Shown here: positions 9,776 to 19,272 of the stretch, piece by piece
Numbering within the stretch: position 1 is the first letter of the stretch
Layout of the letters: every line of letters starts with the position of its first letter
Assembly: GCA_964536965.1 (NCBI GenBank)
Contig: CAZIAL010000002.1
Span: 72,326 to 136,325, forward strand
Length of the DNA stretch: 64,000 nucleotides
From: an uncultured Bacteriovoracaceae bacterium
GTDB lineage: Bacteria; Bdellovibrionota; UBA1018
Reading direction: 5' to 3'
Program-made: the position numbers and the translations under genes
The notes under the pieces: model-generated
Databases searched by the model: none
What the model saw: the letters and a program-made list of their open reading frames with translations, nothing else
Told to the model about the DNA's origin: nothing

Positions 9776-10993
9776 TTATTCGTCTTTGGGAGAGCCATTT
9801 CGCTGGATGACGTCGCCGGTAACGGGATCCGAAGAGACCCCGTATTCATAGCCTTCCTTGCGGTCGATCCCCGCGAGTCGGAGTTTCAGGTCATCTGGAT
9901 TCGACGAGCTGGAGATCCCTTCCTCGGTCGTGATCAGGCCATCCCGAATCAGCCGCTCCAGATCCATATTCATCGTATGCATCTTATAATAGAGTTCACT
10001 CTTGCCCATCAGATCGGGAATCATGTCGAACTGGTGGGTTCGAATCGCATGTTCGATCGACGGTGATTTTACCAGGACCTCGGTTCCGAGAATCCGGCCC
10101 TTGCCATCGGCGCGAACGAGAAGTTGCTGCGCGACGATAGCGATCAGGGACGACGCGAGTTGGACGCGAATCTGGTTCTTGTGGTCGCTCGGAAACATAT
10201 CAAGGATCCGGTCCAGGGCGGACTTTGCGTCGTTTGTATGCAAAGTCGAAATGACCAAGTGGCCCGTTTCGGCGGCGGTAATCGCGGTCTGGATGGTGAC
10301 GTAATCGCGCATCTCTCCGACGACGATGACATCGGGATCTTGTCGCATGCAGGAGGCGAGCGCTTCGTGCATGCTAGGAAAGTCCGCGCCGAGTTCGCGC
10401 TGGGTGACGACAGCCTTTTGGTCCTTGAATACGTACTCGATCGGATCCTCGATCGTGACGATATGCAGGCGCTGGGTCTCGTTTAAATGCTGGACGAGGG
10501 CGGCCATCGTCGTCGATTTTCCGGATCCGGTGGAACCGGTCACCAGAATGAGGCCGCGAGGTTTGGTAATGACGTCCTTCAGAACGGCGGGAATACGGAG
10601 CTGTTCGAGGGCCGGAATTTCGAACGGGATCCTCCGAATCGCCGCGGATAGGCAGTTCATCGCGAAAAATACGTTACATCGAAAACGCCCAAACTCTTCG
10701 ACCTCGAACGAAAAATCGACCTGACGTTTGGTCTCGAGCGTCTTTCTGAGGGCGTCGGGAATGAAGGGTACGAGAATTTGCTCGAGCTGCGCCGCCGTGA
10801 GAGCCGGCATCGTCGCCGGAAGGATTCGACCGTTGATGCGATAGAGGGGCGGACGATTCGGGCGCAGATGCAAATCCGACGCATTATATTTTAAGAGGGC
10901 TCGAATCAGAAAGACGAGATCGTCTTTCGGATCGCCGATCGGGGTCGTATTGGTGTTCGTTGATTTTTCTGCCGGTGCGCCCATGTTGATCAC
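9776..10993 (-). CDS. pilT: type IV pilus retraction ATPase, PilT/PilU family
   Basis: 405 aa. ASDLHL motif, Walker A GSTGSGKSTT, Asp box/Walker B DPDVIVVGEMRD, His box TGHLVISTLHTN. Confidence 0.9.
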   Translation of the reverse strand: MINMGAPAEKSTNTNTTPIGDPKDDLVFLIRALLKYNASDLHLRPNRPPLYRINGRILPATMPALTAAQLEQILVPFIPDALRKTLETKRQVDFSFEVEEFGRFRCNVFFAMNCLSAAIRRIPFEIPALEQLRIPAVLKDVITKPRGLILVTGSTGSGKSTTMAALVQHLNETQRLHIVTIEDPIEYVFKDQKAVVTQRELGADFPSMHEALASCMRQDPDVIVVGEMRDYVTIQTAITAAETGHLVISTLHTNDAKSALDRILDMFPSDHKNQIRVQLASSLIAIVAQQLLVRADGKGRILGTEVLVKSPSIEHAIRTHQFDMIPDLMGKSELYYKMHTMNMDLERLIRDGLITTEEGISSSSNPDDLKLRLAGIDRKEGYEYGVSSDPVTGDVIQRNGSPKDE

Positions 10994-11050
10994 TTATCGG
11001 AGAAGTCGGAGGATGGTTTGAGATGAAGTCCCCGATTTTCCCGCGTCGGC

Positions 11051-11074
11051 CGCGAAATAATCGAATATTTCGCG
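11051..11074. promoter_or_regulatory. perfect 9-bp inverted repeat (CGCGAAATA-N6-TATTTCGCG) in the murB-pilT spacer
   Basis: Read directly at 11051..11074. AT-rich core inside the 150-nt spacer upstream of pilT. No U-run follows it on the minus strand, so an operator is more likely than a terminator. Confidence 0.3.
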
Positions 11075-11143
11075 CTGTCCCGGCGGATTTCTGGCGCTTT
11101 CTTGCGTCAAAGTACTTTCGACGAGGGGGCTTCCGGGACGATC

Positions 11144-12079
11144 CTAGAGGATTCGGACTTCCTCGATCAGCTCGACTCCGAGTTCGGATTGTGCGCGACT
11201 CTTCGCCAGTTCGATCAGCGCGATGACGTCCGCCGCCTGGGCCCCACCAAGATTCAGGATCCAGTTCGGATGTTTTTCGGCGAACTGCGCCGCTCCAATC
11301 CGATGTCCGCGAAGCCCCAGTCGATCGATGACCTCCCATGCGCGAAGTCCAGAATCGCGCGGATTCTTAAAGACGCTGCCGCAGGACGGAAAATCGAGCG
11401 GTTGGGTTTCCTTGCGACGACGAAAGAGCTCTTCCAGTTTCTCCCGTATCGTCGCGGGATCGCCGCGATCCACGCGCCAGACGGTCGAGTGGACCATCTC
11501 ATCCGGGTTTAGAAAGTGGTTCTTGCGATAGCTATAGCGAAGCCCGTCCGCGGCGACTACGCGCCAGGGATCATCGTGGTTCGCGAAAGAAAAGGTGCGG
11601 ACTTCGATGAGACGGTCTGCCGCCTCTCCCAGATGGGTTCCCCCGTTCATTACGACTACGCCGCCCACCGTACCCGGAATCCCACTAATGCACTCGAGTC
11701 CACCCCAGCCTTCGGTTCCCGCACGGCGCAGAAAACTCGCGACGGTCACTCCCGCTCCCGCTCGCACGCCCTTCGGCTCCCTCTCGATCATCGGATTCAG
11801 TTTCGTCGTTTTAATGAAAAGTCCGGAGATCCCCGAGTCGGGGGCGAGGAGGTTCGAGCCGAGACCGAGAAACTGATAAGGGATTCGTTCCGCGATGATG
11901 AATCGACGGAGGACTTCCAAATCTTGATCCGATTTCGGCAGGACAATCGCCGTCGCCGGACCGCCGATCTTAAAATAGGTATGTTTGGACATCGGTTCGT
12001 TCATGAGCCGGTCGCCCGAGAAGTCCGCAAGCGTTTCGAGTTTTTTCGCCCACGCGGGAAAGGTGGAAGCGGGGCTCAC
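11144..12079 (-). CDS. murB: UDP-N-acetylenolpyruvoylglucosamine reductase
   Basis: 311 aa. FAD-binding region (YFKIGGPA, LGLGSNLL), C-terminal MurB domain (SCGSVFKNP). GTG start overlaps the murC stop (GTGA). Confidence 0.93.
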   Translation of the reverse strand: MSPASTFPAWAKKLETLADFSGDRLMNEPMSKHTYFKIGGPATAIVLPKSDQDLEVLRRFIIAERIPYQFLGLGSNLLAPDSGISGLFIKTTKLNPMIEREPKGVRAGAGVTVASFLRRAGTEGWGGLECISGIPGTVGGVVVMNGGTHLGEAADRLIEVRTFSFANHDDPWRVVAADGLRYSYRKNHFLNPDEMVHSTVWRVDRGDPATIREKLEELFRRRKETQPLDFPSCGSVFKNPRDSGLRAWEVIDRLGLRGHRIGAAQFAEKHPNWILNLGGAQAADVIALIELAKSRAQSELGVELIEEVRIL

Positions 12080-13512
12080 GGCAACCCTTTCATCAGTCGC
12101 TCACGAATGAGGTCGGGCAGCCGGGTCACCGAGCCCGCACCCATGCACAACACCAGATCACCGTTATGGATCTCTTTCGCGATCAGTTCCGCGCATTTAT
12201 CCAGCGACTCCGCAAAAACGGAAATTTTTGGATTCTTCCCGGCGTTGTCCTGAATCTTCCGAAAGAGATCCAGACCGCTCGCGCCCACGATGGGTTCCTC
12301 TCCGGCAGCATAGACATCCGTCAGAAAAAGCGCGTCGACGCCCGCGAAACAGTCGGAGAACTCCCGCATGGAATTCAGCGTTCGCGAGTAGCGATGGGGC
12401 TGGAAAGCGACAAGAATGCGCCCAGGTCTCCCCGACAAGGCATGAACGGATCGGGCCGTTTCCAGTGTCGCCGAGATTTCCGTCGGGTGGTGCCCATAGT
12501 CGTCGAATATGCGAATACCTCGAGATGGATCGTCGTAACGCAGTTCGAACCGCCGTCGAACACCGCGATATTCGCCTAAGCTGCGCGATATTTCGGAGAA
12601 AGGAATTCCGAGGTCGAGCGCGATCCCGATCGCGGCCAGCGCATTTCGGATGTTATGCGCGCCGTGGGCCGCGAAAGAAATTCGCCCGAAGCTACCGCGC
12701 GTCAGGTCCCGAACTTCGAATGAAGTGCCCTCGATCGTTTCTTCGATCGATCGCGCCTGGAGATGGTTCTCTTCCGCAAGGCCGTAAGTGCGGTAAGGTT
12801 TCGAGAAGCGCGCCAAGTTTCTCCGCACCCCCGGGTCGTCTCCGCAGACATAGACGCGACCATAGAAAGGAATGCGAGAAACGAAGGCGCAGAAAGCGTC
12901 GTCGATTTTCGCGAGATCGCCGTAATGATCGAGGTGATCGGCGTCTATATTCGTAATGGCGCCGTACACGGCAGGCAGAAACAGGAAGGATCCGTCGCTT
13001 TCGTCGGCTTCGGCCACGACATAGTCACCTTGGCCGAGCTTCGCGTTTCCCCCGAACGCATCGACCTTGCCGCCGATGACGATCGTGGGATCGAGCCCGC
13101 AGCCCGCAAGGATCGTCGAGAGCAGCGTTGTCGTGGTCGTTTTTCCATGAGTTCCGGCGAGCGCGATGCCGATCTTCCCGCGCATGAGTTCGCCGAGAGC
13201 CTCCGCCCGCGGAATAAGTGGAATGGAACGCTTCTTCGCCTCGGAAAATTCGGGGTTGGTTGGTTTTACGGCGGAGGAGTAGACCACCACGTTCGCGCCA
13301 TCGATGTTCTCCGGTCGATGGCCGATCGAGATTTTCAGCCCCAGCGCAGCCAGACGGCGCGTAGTATCCCCTTCGACGGCGTCGGAACCGCTGACTTCGT
13401 ATCCCTGATTGAAGAAAACCTCGGCGATCCCGGACATGCCGATACCGCCGATGCCGATGAAGTGAAGATGTAGCGGCGAATCGGGTTCGCCGTCGACCGG
13501 TCGTTTTTTCAT
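12076..13512 (-). CDS. murC: UDP-N-acetylmuramate--L-alanine ligase
   Basis: 478 aa. HFIGIGGIGMSGIA N-terminus, Mur-ligase P-loop GTHGKTTTT. Start overlaps the murG stop (ATGA). Confidence 0.95.
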   Translation of the reverse strand: MKKRPVDGEPDSPLHLHFIGIGGIGMSGIAEVFFNQGYEVSGSDAVEGDTTRRLAALGLKISIGHRPENIDGANVVVYSSAVKPTNPEFSEAKKRSIPLIPRAEALGELMRGKIGIALAGTHGKTTTTTLLSTILAGCGLDPTIVIGGKVDAFGGNAKLGQGDYVVAEADESDGSFLFLPAVYGAITNIDADHLDHYGDLAKIDDAFCAFVSRIPFYGRVYVCGDDPGVRRNLARFSKPYRTYGLAEENHLQARSIEETIEGTSFEVRDLTRGSFGRISFAAHGAHNIRNALAAIGIALDLGIPFSEISRSLGEYRGVRRRFELRYDDPSRGIRIFDDYGHHPTEISATLETARSVHALSGRPGRILVAFQPHRYSRTLNSMREFSDCFAGVDALFLTDVYAAGEEPIVGASGLDLFRKIQDNAGKNPKISVFAESLDKCAELIAKEIHNGDLVLCMGAGSVTRLPDLIRERLMKGLP

Positions 13513-14642
13513 CGCCCCGCCTCCCCGCCTGGAGAGTGGCCCGACCAGAGGAGGTGGGTGACGATCTTTCCGGGAGCGTCGCCCGCGTCGAAATTCGCCA
13601 CTTCCCGTTCCATCGAATCGAGCTTCGACGGCTCGTGAAAGTACCCGCGAATTTTTTCGGCGAGATCGCGTCCGGTCGTCTTGCCTTGGATCATCAGGTC
13701 CGCGCCGCCTCGATCGACGAAGAGGCGCGCATTTTTTTCCTGGTGGTTATCCGAAGCATACGGAAACGGGACGAGAATGGCGGCGCGCCGGACGGCGGCG
13801 AGTTCCGCTAGCGTCGATGATCCCGCGCGACAGATCACGAGGGAAGCGGCGGCGTAGCATTCGGGCATATCGTAGATGAAACGCTCCACGCGCCCCGTGA
13901 TCCCCGCCTTTTCGTAGCCGGAGAAGACGCGTTCGAAATCCTTTTCGCCCGTCTGATGGATCCAGCGCAGTTTCGGCTGAAGATCCACGAGATGAGGGAA
14001 TGCATCGAGTACGAGAGTGTTGATGCCGACCGCACCCTGGCTTCCGCCGAAAACAAATATCGTAAATGGATCGTGGGCCGCCGACCGGAAGGGTACCATC
14101 GACTTCCGGACGGGATTGCCGGTTACCCGAGTCTTCGAGATCTGGAAGCGACTCTCGATTCCTGGAAACGCGCAAAAAACGGAATCTGAGAAGCGCCCGA
14201 GAATTCGATTGGTGAACCCCGGCACGGCATTCTGCTCGAGAATCGCCGTCCGGGTCCCGAAACCCCAGCCGAGGATGCGCGCGACGAGGACAACCGGGCC
14301 GGAAGCGTAACCCCCGACTCCGATGACCGCCTGTGGCTTTTCGCGAAAAACGATGCGCGCCGCTTTGACGATCGCGAGCGGAATCTGGGCGAGTGTTCGG
14401 AATCGTTTCTTCCAGGGAACTCCTTTCAGCGATCCGAGCTCGAGGGTCTCGAGCGGATAGCCCGCCTTGGGAACGAGGCGTTCCTCGATCCCCCCCTTCG
14501 CTCCGACAAAGAGTATCCGCGAATCCGGAAAGCGGCGCTTCCACTCGTCCGCGACCGCGATGCCCGCGAAGATATGTCCACCGGTTCCGCCTCCGGTCAC
14601 GATCAGCGTTCGATCTTGTGCCACGGCTAGCGTTCGTTCCAT
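13509..14642 (-). CDS. murG: undecaprenyl-PP-MurNAc-pentapeptide GlcNAc transferase
   Basis: 377 aa. GGGTGGHIFAG glycine loop and GT28 C-terminal domain (RAGSSTLAELAA). Confidence 0.95.
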   Translation of the reverse strand: MERTLAVAQDRTLIVTGGGTGGHIFAGIAVADEWKRRFPDSRILFVGAKGGIEERLVPKAGYPLETLELGSLKGVPWKKRFRTLAQIPLAIVKAARIVFREKPQAVIGVGGYASGPVVLVARILGWGFGTRTAILEQNAVPGFTNRILGRFSDSVFCAFPGIESRFQISKTRVTGNPVRKSMVPFRSAAHDPFTIFVFGGSQGAVGINTLVLDAFPHLVDLQPKLRWIHQTGEKDFERVFSGYEKAGITGRVERFIYDMPECYAAASLVICRAGSSTLAELAAVRRAAILVPFPYASDNHQEKNARLFVDRGGADLMIQGKTTGRDLAEKIRGYFHEPSKLDSMEREVANFDAGDAPGKIVTHLLWSGHSPGGEAGR

Positions 14643-15784
14643 TTTGCCCTCGAAGGACTGCCCTTCGAGATGTTCAGGAGAATCCCGATCGCGAAAAGGT
14701 CGACGACGAGCGCGGAGCCGCCGTAGCTGATGAACGGTAGAGTGAGGCCTTTAGTCGGCAATAGCCCCAGTACGACCCCCATATTCACGAAACCCTGAAT
14801 TCCGAGCGCGAGCGTGATCCCAGTGGCGGCCAGCGCGCCGAAGCGGTCTTGTCGATCCTGCCAGCAGTCGGATGCGATCTTCAGACCGCGATAGATAAAA
14901 AAGCAGAACGCCGCGATCACGGCGATTACCCCTATGAATCCGAGCTCCTCACCGATCACCGCGAAGATAAAATCGTTATGCGCCTCGGGCAGGTAGAAAA
15001 GTTTCTCTTTTCCGTTCCCTAGCCCAACGCCGAAGATCGAGCCATTGTGCACGCCGAGCATCGACTGAAGGACCTGAAACCCGCGGCCGAGCGGATCTTG
15101 CCAAGGGTCCAGGAAAGTCGTGAGGCGGGCGAGTCGGTAAGGAGTGCTGAGAACGAGGGCCGCCGCCGCCGCCCCGCCGACCACCGCGATTCCCCCTAAG
15201 AAGCGCTTAGGCACCCCCGCGAGAAACATCATGAGAAAAATCACGCCGGTGATCATGACGGCGGAACCGAAGTCCGGCTGGAGCAAGAGCAACGCCATCG
15301 CCGGCAGCGGCAGGATGAAATTAGAAAGGACCCCGGGAACGAAACGGCGCAAGCGGTCTTGTTTTTTTTCCAGCTGATGGGCCACGAAAAGAATCATCGC
15401 GAACTTCGCGATTTCCGCCGGCTGGACCGAGATCGGACCGAATTTCAGCCAGCGCTGGGCGCCGAGCACTTTCGTCCCCACCCCCGGAATCAGAACGATC
15501 ACGAGCAGGAGGATCGAAAGCCCGGCGACGGGGTATGCCCAGTCGGCCCACTTGCGATAAGGAACCTTCAGCGCGGCAATCATCGCACATCCCCCGAGCA
15601 GGGCGAAGATGAGCTGTTTTTTGATGAAGTTAAAACCGTCGCCCGTTCTTTCCTGGGCGTAGATGAAAGAGGAGCTGTAGACCATGATCAGTCCGAAGAG
15701 GACCATGGCGCAGACGAGTCCAAGGAGGACGTAGTCAATCCCTTTCAGTTCACGGCGAAGATCGACGCGAAGGTCGTCCTTCAC
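14627..15784 (-). CDS. ftsW: SEDS-family peptidoglycan polymerase FtsW
   Basis: 385 aa polytopic membrane protein of the FtsW/RodA/SpoVE family (PAEIAKF, LQPDFGSA, EAHNDFIFAVIGEELGFIG, LPTKGLTLPFISYGGS). Called FtsW from its dcw context. Confidence 0.9.
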   Translation of the reverse strand: MKDDLRVDLRRELKGIDYVLLGLVCAMVLFGLIMVYSSSFIYAQERTGDGFNFIKKQLIFALLGGCAMIAALKVPYRKWADWAYPVAGLSILLLVIVLIPGVGTKVLGAQRWLKFGPISVQPAEIAKFAMILFVAHQLEKKQDRLRRFVPGVLSNFILPLPAMALLLLQPDFGSAVMITGVIFLMMFLAGVPKRFLGGIAVVGGAAAAALVLSTPYRLARLTTFLDPWQDPLGRGFQVLQSMLGVHNGSIFGVGLGNGKEKLFYLPEAHNDFIFAVIGEELGFIGVIAVIAAFCFFIYRGLKIASDCWQDRQDRFGALAATGITLALGIQGFVNMGVVLGLLPTKGLTLPFISYGGSALVVDLFAIGILLNISKGSPSRAKWNER

Positions 15785-15806
15785 CGACTTTACGGCGTTG
15801 ACCGAA

Positions 15807-17189
15807 TCAGAGCTGATGGACCAACTTTTTGAAGTAATCGCCTCTCTCCTCGTAATTCCGGAACATGTCGAAGGACGAACATCCCGGGCTTAAGAGAATG
15901 ATATCCCCGTTCCGGGACTTTTGGAAAGCGAGGAGAACCGCTTCTTCAAAGGTTCCGACAAGATAGGTCTCGGCAAAGTCGCCGATCGCACGATTCATTT
16001 TTTCTTTCGCTTCGCCCATCAGGATCAGGAGTTTACACCGCTGGCGGACGACTTCAGCGAGAGGAGTGAAGTCGAAGTTTTTGTCCTTGCCGCCGGCAAT
16101 GAGAATGATCGGATTGGCCGGGAAGGCGCCCAAGGCTTTCAGCTGGCTTTGGGGGTTCGTCGCTTTCGAGTCGTTGAAAAAGAAAACGCCATCTTTTTTA
16201 CGCACGAATTCGAGCCGGTGGGCGATTCCGCGGAATTCGTCGATGGTCTTCTGGATCGCGGCCGGGCTTACCCCGATGGCGCGGGCGGCGCAGATCGCGG
16301 CCATGAAGTTCTCTTTGTTGTGTTCGCCGTAAACGCGAATCTTCGAAACGTCGTAAACTTCCTCTTTGCCGAAGATCTTCGCGTAGATTTTCTTCTCCGC
16401 CGCGACGTAGTAACAGCCGTTGAAGTTTTCGGCGAACTCTCCGCCGATCTGGATCGGATTCTTTTTCGTGATCCACATCAGACGGCCGACGGTCTCGTGG
16501 CCGAAGGATTGCGTCACCGGATTGTCGTAGTTCAGGACGACGAACGTATTTTTATCGCAGGCCTGCAGCAGCCGTTTTTTCGTCGCGACGTAGGCCTCGT
16601 AGCTTGGATAACGATCGAGGTGGTCGGGTTCGACGTTCGTGATCACCGCGACGGCGGGTACCACCCGCTGGGTCAGTTCGAGCTGGAAACTCGAAAGTTC
16701 CGCGACCACGACTTCTCCGCGCTGGCCTTCGGTCAGGTAGTCGAGCAGAGGCTTACCGATGTTCCCGCCGACGAAGGCCTGTCGATTGTCGGCCTTGAAC
16801 ATTTCCCCAATCAGAGTCGTGGTCGTCGTCTTGCCGTTCGTGCCGCTGACCGCGATCAGGGGCTCTTTCAGGGCGGCCGCGGCGAGATCGATTTCATTCG
16901 TGATCGGGATGTTCATCTCGCGCGTGCCTTCGAGAGGTTTGATCGTTAGAGGCACGCCAGGGCTCATCACGACGAGTTCAGCGGTACGGAACGAAGCGTC
17001 GTTATGTTTGCCGAGTTCATATTCGATCTTCAGATCCGCGCACGCGTTCACCGACTCGGTAAGCTCGGATTTTTGTTTCGTATCGGTAACGGTGACTTTT
17101 GCGCCCTGCTTGGTCATGTACTTCGCGACCGAGACTCCGGAAACGCCGAACCCGACCACGAGAACTTTTTTGCCTTTATATTTACTCAT
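15807..17189 (-). CDS. murD: UDP-N-acetylmuramoylalanine--D-glutamate ligase
   Basis: 460 aa. N-terminal Rossmann VVGFGVSGVS, P-loop GTNGKTTTT. Confidence 0.95.
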   Translation of the reverse strand: MSKYKGKKVLVVGFGVSGVSVAKYMTKQGAKVTVTDTKQKSELTESVNACADLKIEYELGKHNDASFRTAELVVMSPGVPLTIKPLEGTREMNIPITNEIDLAAAALKEPLIAVSGTNGKTTTTTLIGEMFKADNRQAFVGGNIGKPLLDYLTEGQRGEVVVAELSSFQLELTQRVVPAVAVITNVEPDHLDRYPSYEAYVATKKRLLQACDKNTFVVLNYDNPVTQSFGHETVGRLMWITKKNPIQIGGEFAENFNGCYYVAAEKKIYAKIFGKEEVYDVSKIRVYGEHNKENFMAAICAARAIGVSPAAIQKTIDEFRGIAHRLEFVRKKDGVFFFNDSKATNPQSQLKALGAFPANPIILIAGGKDKNFDFTPLAEVVRQRCKLLILMGEAKEKMNRAIGDFAETYLVGTFEEAVLLAFQKSRNGDIILLSPGCSSFDMFRNYEERGDYFKKLVHQL

Positions 17190-17216
17190 AAATACGACTC
17201 CTGATTATCCGGCGGA

Positions 17217-18293
17217 TTACCGCAATTTAAGCGTGGAAAGGGTGGCGATCGCGAGAAGGATGGAAAGGATCCAGAACCGGACGACCACTTTCGGCTCGGG
17301 CCAACCTTTCAGTTCGAAGTGATGATGGATCGGGGCCATCTTGAAAACGCGCTTTCCCGTCATTTTGAAGCTCGCCACCTGGATCATCACGGATAGAGCT
17401 TCCACGACAAAAATAAGGCCGCAGAGCGCGAGCAGAATCTCGTTCTTCGTGATGACGGCGACGACACCCAGGGCGCCACCGAGCGCGAGCGCTCCGACGT
17501 CGCCCATAAAAACCTGAGCAGGATAGGTGTTGTACCAGAGGAATCCGAGACAGCTCGCCGCGACCGTCGCCAGAAAGATGCACAGCTCACCTGAACCAGG
17601 CACATGCGGGATGGAGAGATAGCGCGCGATTTCCGAGTGTCCCGCGCAGTAGGCGAGAATCAGAAAAGTGACCGAGGTCGTAATGGTTGGCCCCACCGCA
17701 AGTCCGTCGAGCCCATCGGTCAGATTCACCGCGTTCGACGAACCCACGATAACGAGAATCGCGAACGGGATAAAAAGAATCCCGAGATCGAGGGCGAGGT
17801 CTTTGAAAAACGGGAAACGGATTTCGTTCGAGATCGCGCCATCTTTAAAGATGAAATAGGCGGCGATGGCGCCGAAAAGAAACTGTCCCACGAGCTTGTA
17901 GCGGCCGGCGAGCCCCTTCGGGTTTTTCTGGATCACCTTTTTATAGTCATCGACAAATCCGATCAGTCCGTAGGCCAGCGTGAGACCGAGGGCGATCCAG
18001 ACGTTGCGATTCGTGAGGTCGGCCCAAAGGAGAGTTGGAATCGCGACTCCGGCAAGAATCAGGGTCCCCCCCATCGTGGGCGTTCCCTTTTTCGAGAGAT
18101 GCGACTGCGGCCCGTCGTCACGCACGACCTGCTTCATCTGCTTCTTCTGCATATAAGCGATGAACCAGGGTCCGAGCAGCATACAGAAGAGGACGCTCGT
18201 CATCGCGGCGCCGAATGTCCGGAACGTGATGTACTTGAAAACGTTCAGGAAAGAGAACTCGACGTGGAGCGGATAGAGAAGCAAGTAGAGCAT
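17217..18293 (-). CDS. mraY: phospho-N-acetylmuramoyl-pentapeptide transferase
   Basis: The ATG at 18293 gives MLYLLLYPLHVEFSFLNVFKYITFRT, which aligns with the MraY N-terminus as I recall it. Conserved KKGTPTMGG, NLTDGLDGLA and HHHFE motifs. The ORF-track start at 18329 is a possible alternative. Confidence 0.95.
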   Translation of the reverse strand: MLYLLLYPLHVEFSFLNVFKYITFRTFGAAMTSVLFCMLLGPWFIAYMQKKQMKQVVRDDGPQSHLSKKGTPTMGGTLILAGVAIPTLLWADLTNRNVWIALGLTLAYGLIGFVDDYKKVIQKNPKGLAGRYKLVGQFLFGAIAAYFIFKDGAISNEIRFPFFKDLALDLGILFIPFAILVIVGSSNAVNLTDGLDGLAVGPTITTSVTFLILAYCAGHSEIARYLSIPHVPGSGELCIFLATVAASCLGFLWYNTYPAQVFMGDVGALALGGALGVVAVITKNEILLALCGLIFVVEALSVMIQVASFKMTGKRVFKMAPIHHHFELKGWPEPKVVVRFWILSILLAIATLSTLKLR

Positions 18294-18473
18294 TCTCCTT
18301 TGCTCTAGATCATTTTGCGAAAGAAGCAAAACAGAAATATGAAAAGAGCAACGAATTCATATACTTAAATAGAAAAACCGGGTGAGAAAGGGAATGAATT
18401 GATTCGACGTGCCTTGCCTATTGAGACCAAGAAACCTATTCCAAGGCCAGCTTTCAGGCTGGGGGGCCTCCGA

Positions 18474-19262
18474 ATGAATTTTAATCCATGGGTTTTGGTT
18501 CTGGTCTTGGCATCCGTATCTTCCGCGTCGGCGGAACAAGTGAAGGTCTCCCATCCCGTGCACCCTGGGTCGAACCTTCCGATCCTTTCGTTCTCGAATC
18601 ATGACGGTGTTTGCCGAATGCTCGGCTTCGAGAAAGCAGTCGCCGCCTCCGTCATTCGTTCGGACAAAGGGCCGGGTGCGAAAGCGGAGATGGTCTTCGG
18701 ACTATCCGTCGATACGAACGGTCGCATTTATGGGCATGATCGCATGTGGGCGATCGCCGAGATCACCTGCATGAACGCGGACCCGGCGTTCATCGTTCCG
18801 GAAGAGTCCCAGGATTTCCTGAACCCCGTCCACCCGCAAACCGGACTGCCTTTCGCCTATCTCGATCGCAGCGTGAAGGCGCGCGATCAGATTTGCCAGG
18901 CTCTCGGTTCGGATCGAAGTACCCGCGGACTCGACTGGCCGCTCGTTTCTAACGAAACGAAACGCGGCACGCTCGTTCATGATACGCGCGATGTCCAGGA
19001 TATCGACGCGCCGACTTTTTCCCGAATGATCTGCGTAAAAGTAAATCCACTCGCCCCTCTTCCGCCACCGCCGATCATCAAGGAAATCCCGATCGAGGAC
19101 CCGACCTCGGTCGAGCCCGAGAAAAACTCCGAGACCCCCGCCAAGAAGCGCGAAGAAGGCGAAAACGAAGAGTCCGAAGAAGAGACGGAAGAGGAAGAGG
19201 AAACATCGACCGGTTCTCGCCGTCGTCCCATCGAGACGGAAGACGACGCGAGCGAAGGCTAA
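18474..19262 (+). CDS. secreted protein with internal duplication and poly-acidic C-terminal tail (unknown function)
   Basis: The ATG at 18474 gives the signal peptide MNFNPWVLVLVLASVSSASA. Two repeat units share PVHP(G/Q)xxLP, CxxLG and IxC(M/V)xxN. A PPPP linker is followed by an E-rich tail (EEGENEESEEETEEEEE). It is the only plus-strand gene inside the dcw array. Confidence 0.6.
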   Translation: MNFNPWVLVLVLASVSSASAEQVKVSHPVHPGSNLPILSFSNHDGVCRMLGFEKAVAASVIRSDKGPGAKAEMVFGLSVDTNGRIYGHDRMWAIAEITCMNADPAFIVPEESQDFLNPVHPQTGLPFAYLDRSVKARDQICQALGSDRSTRGLDWPLVSNETKRGTLVHDTRDVQDIDAPTFSRMICVKVNPLAPLPPPPIIKEIPIEDPTSVEPEKNSETPAKKREEGENEESEEETEEEEETSTGSRRRPIETEDDASEG

Positions 19263-19272
19263 AACACGCCGA

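Noticed and set aside
10884-11339. 151-aa minus-strand ORF bridging the pilT-murB spacer
   Set aside because: The translation is extremely Arg/Ser/Gly-rich and overlaps the murB 3' end and the pilT 5' end. The region is better explained as an intergenic regulatory spacer.
18702-19231. Possible decayed murF on the minus strand between murE and mraY
   Set aside because: The minus-strand ORFs here (92 and 84 aa) show no Mur-ligase P-loop or other MurF-like motifs. The gap (~980 nt) is shorter than a murF gene. The plus-strand ORF has a coherent signal peptide and repeat structure.
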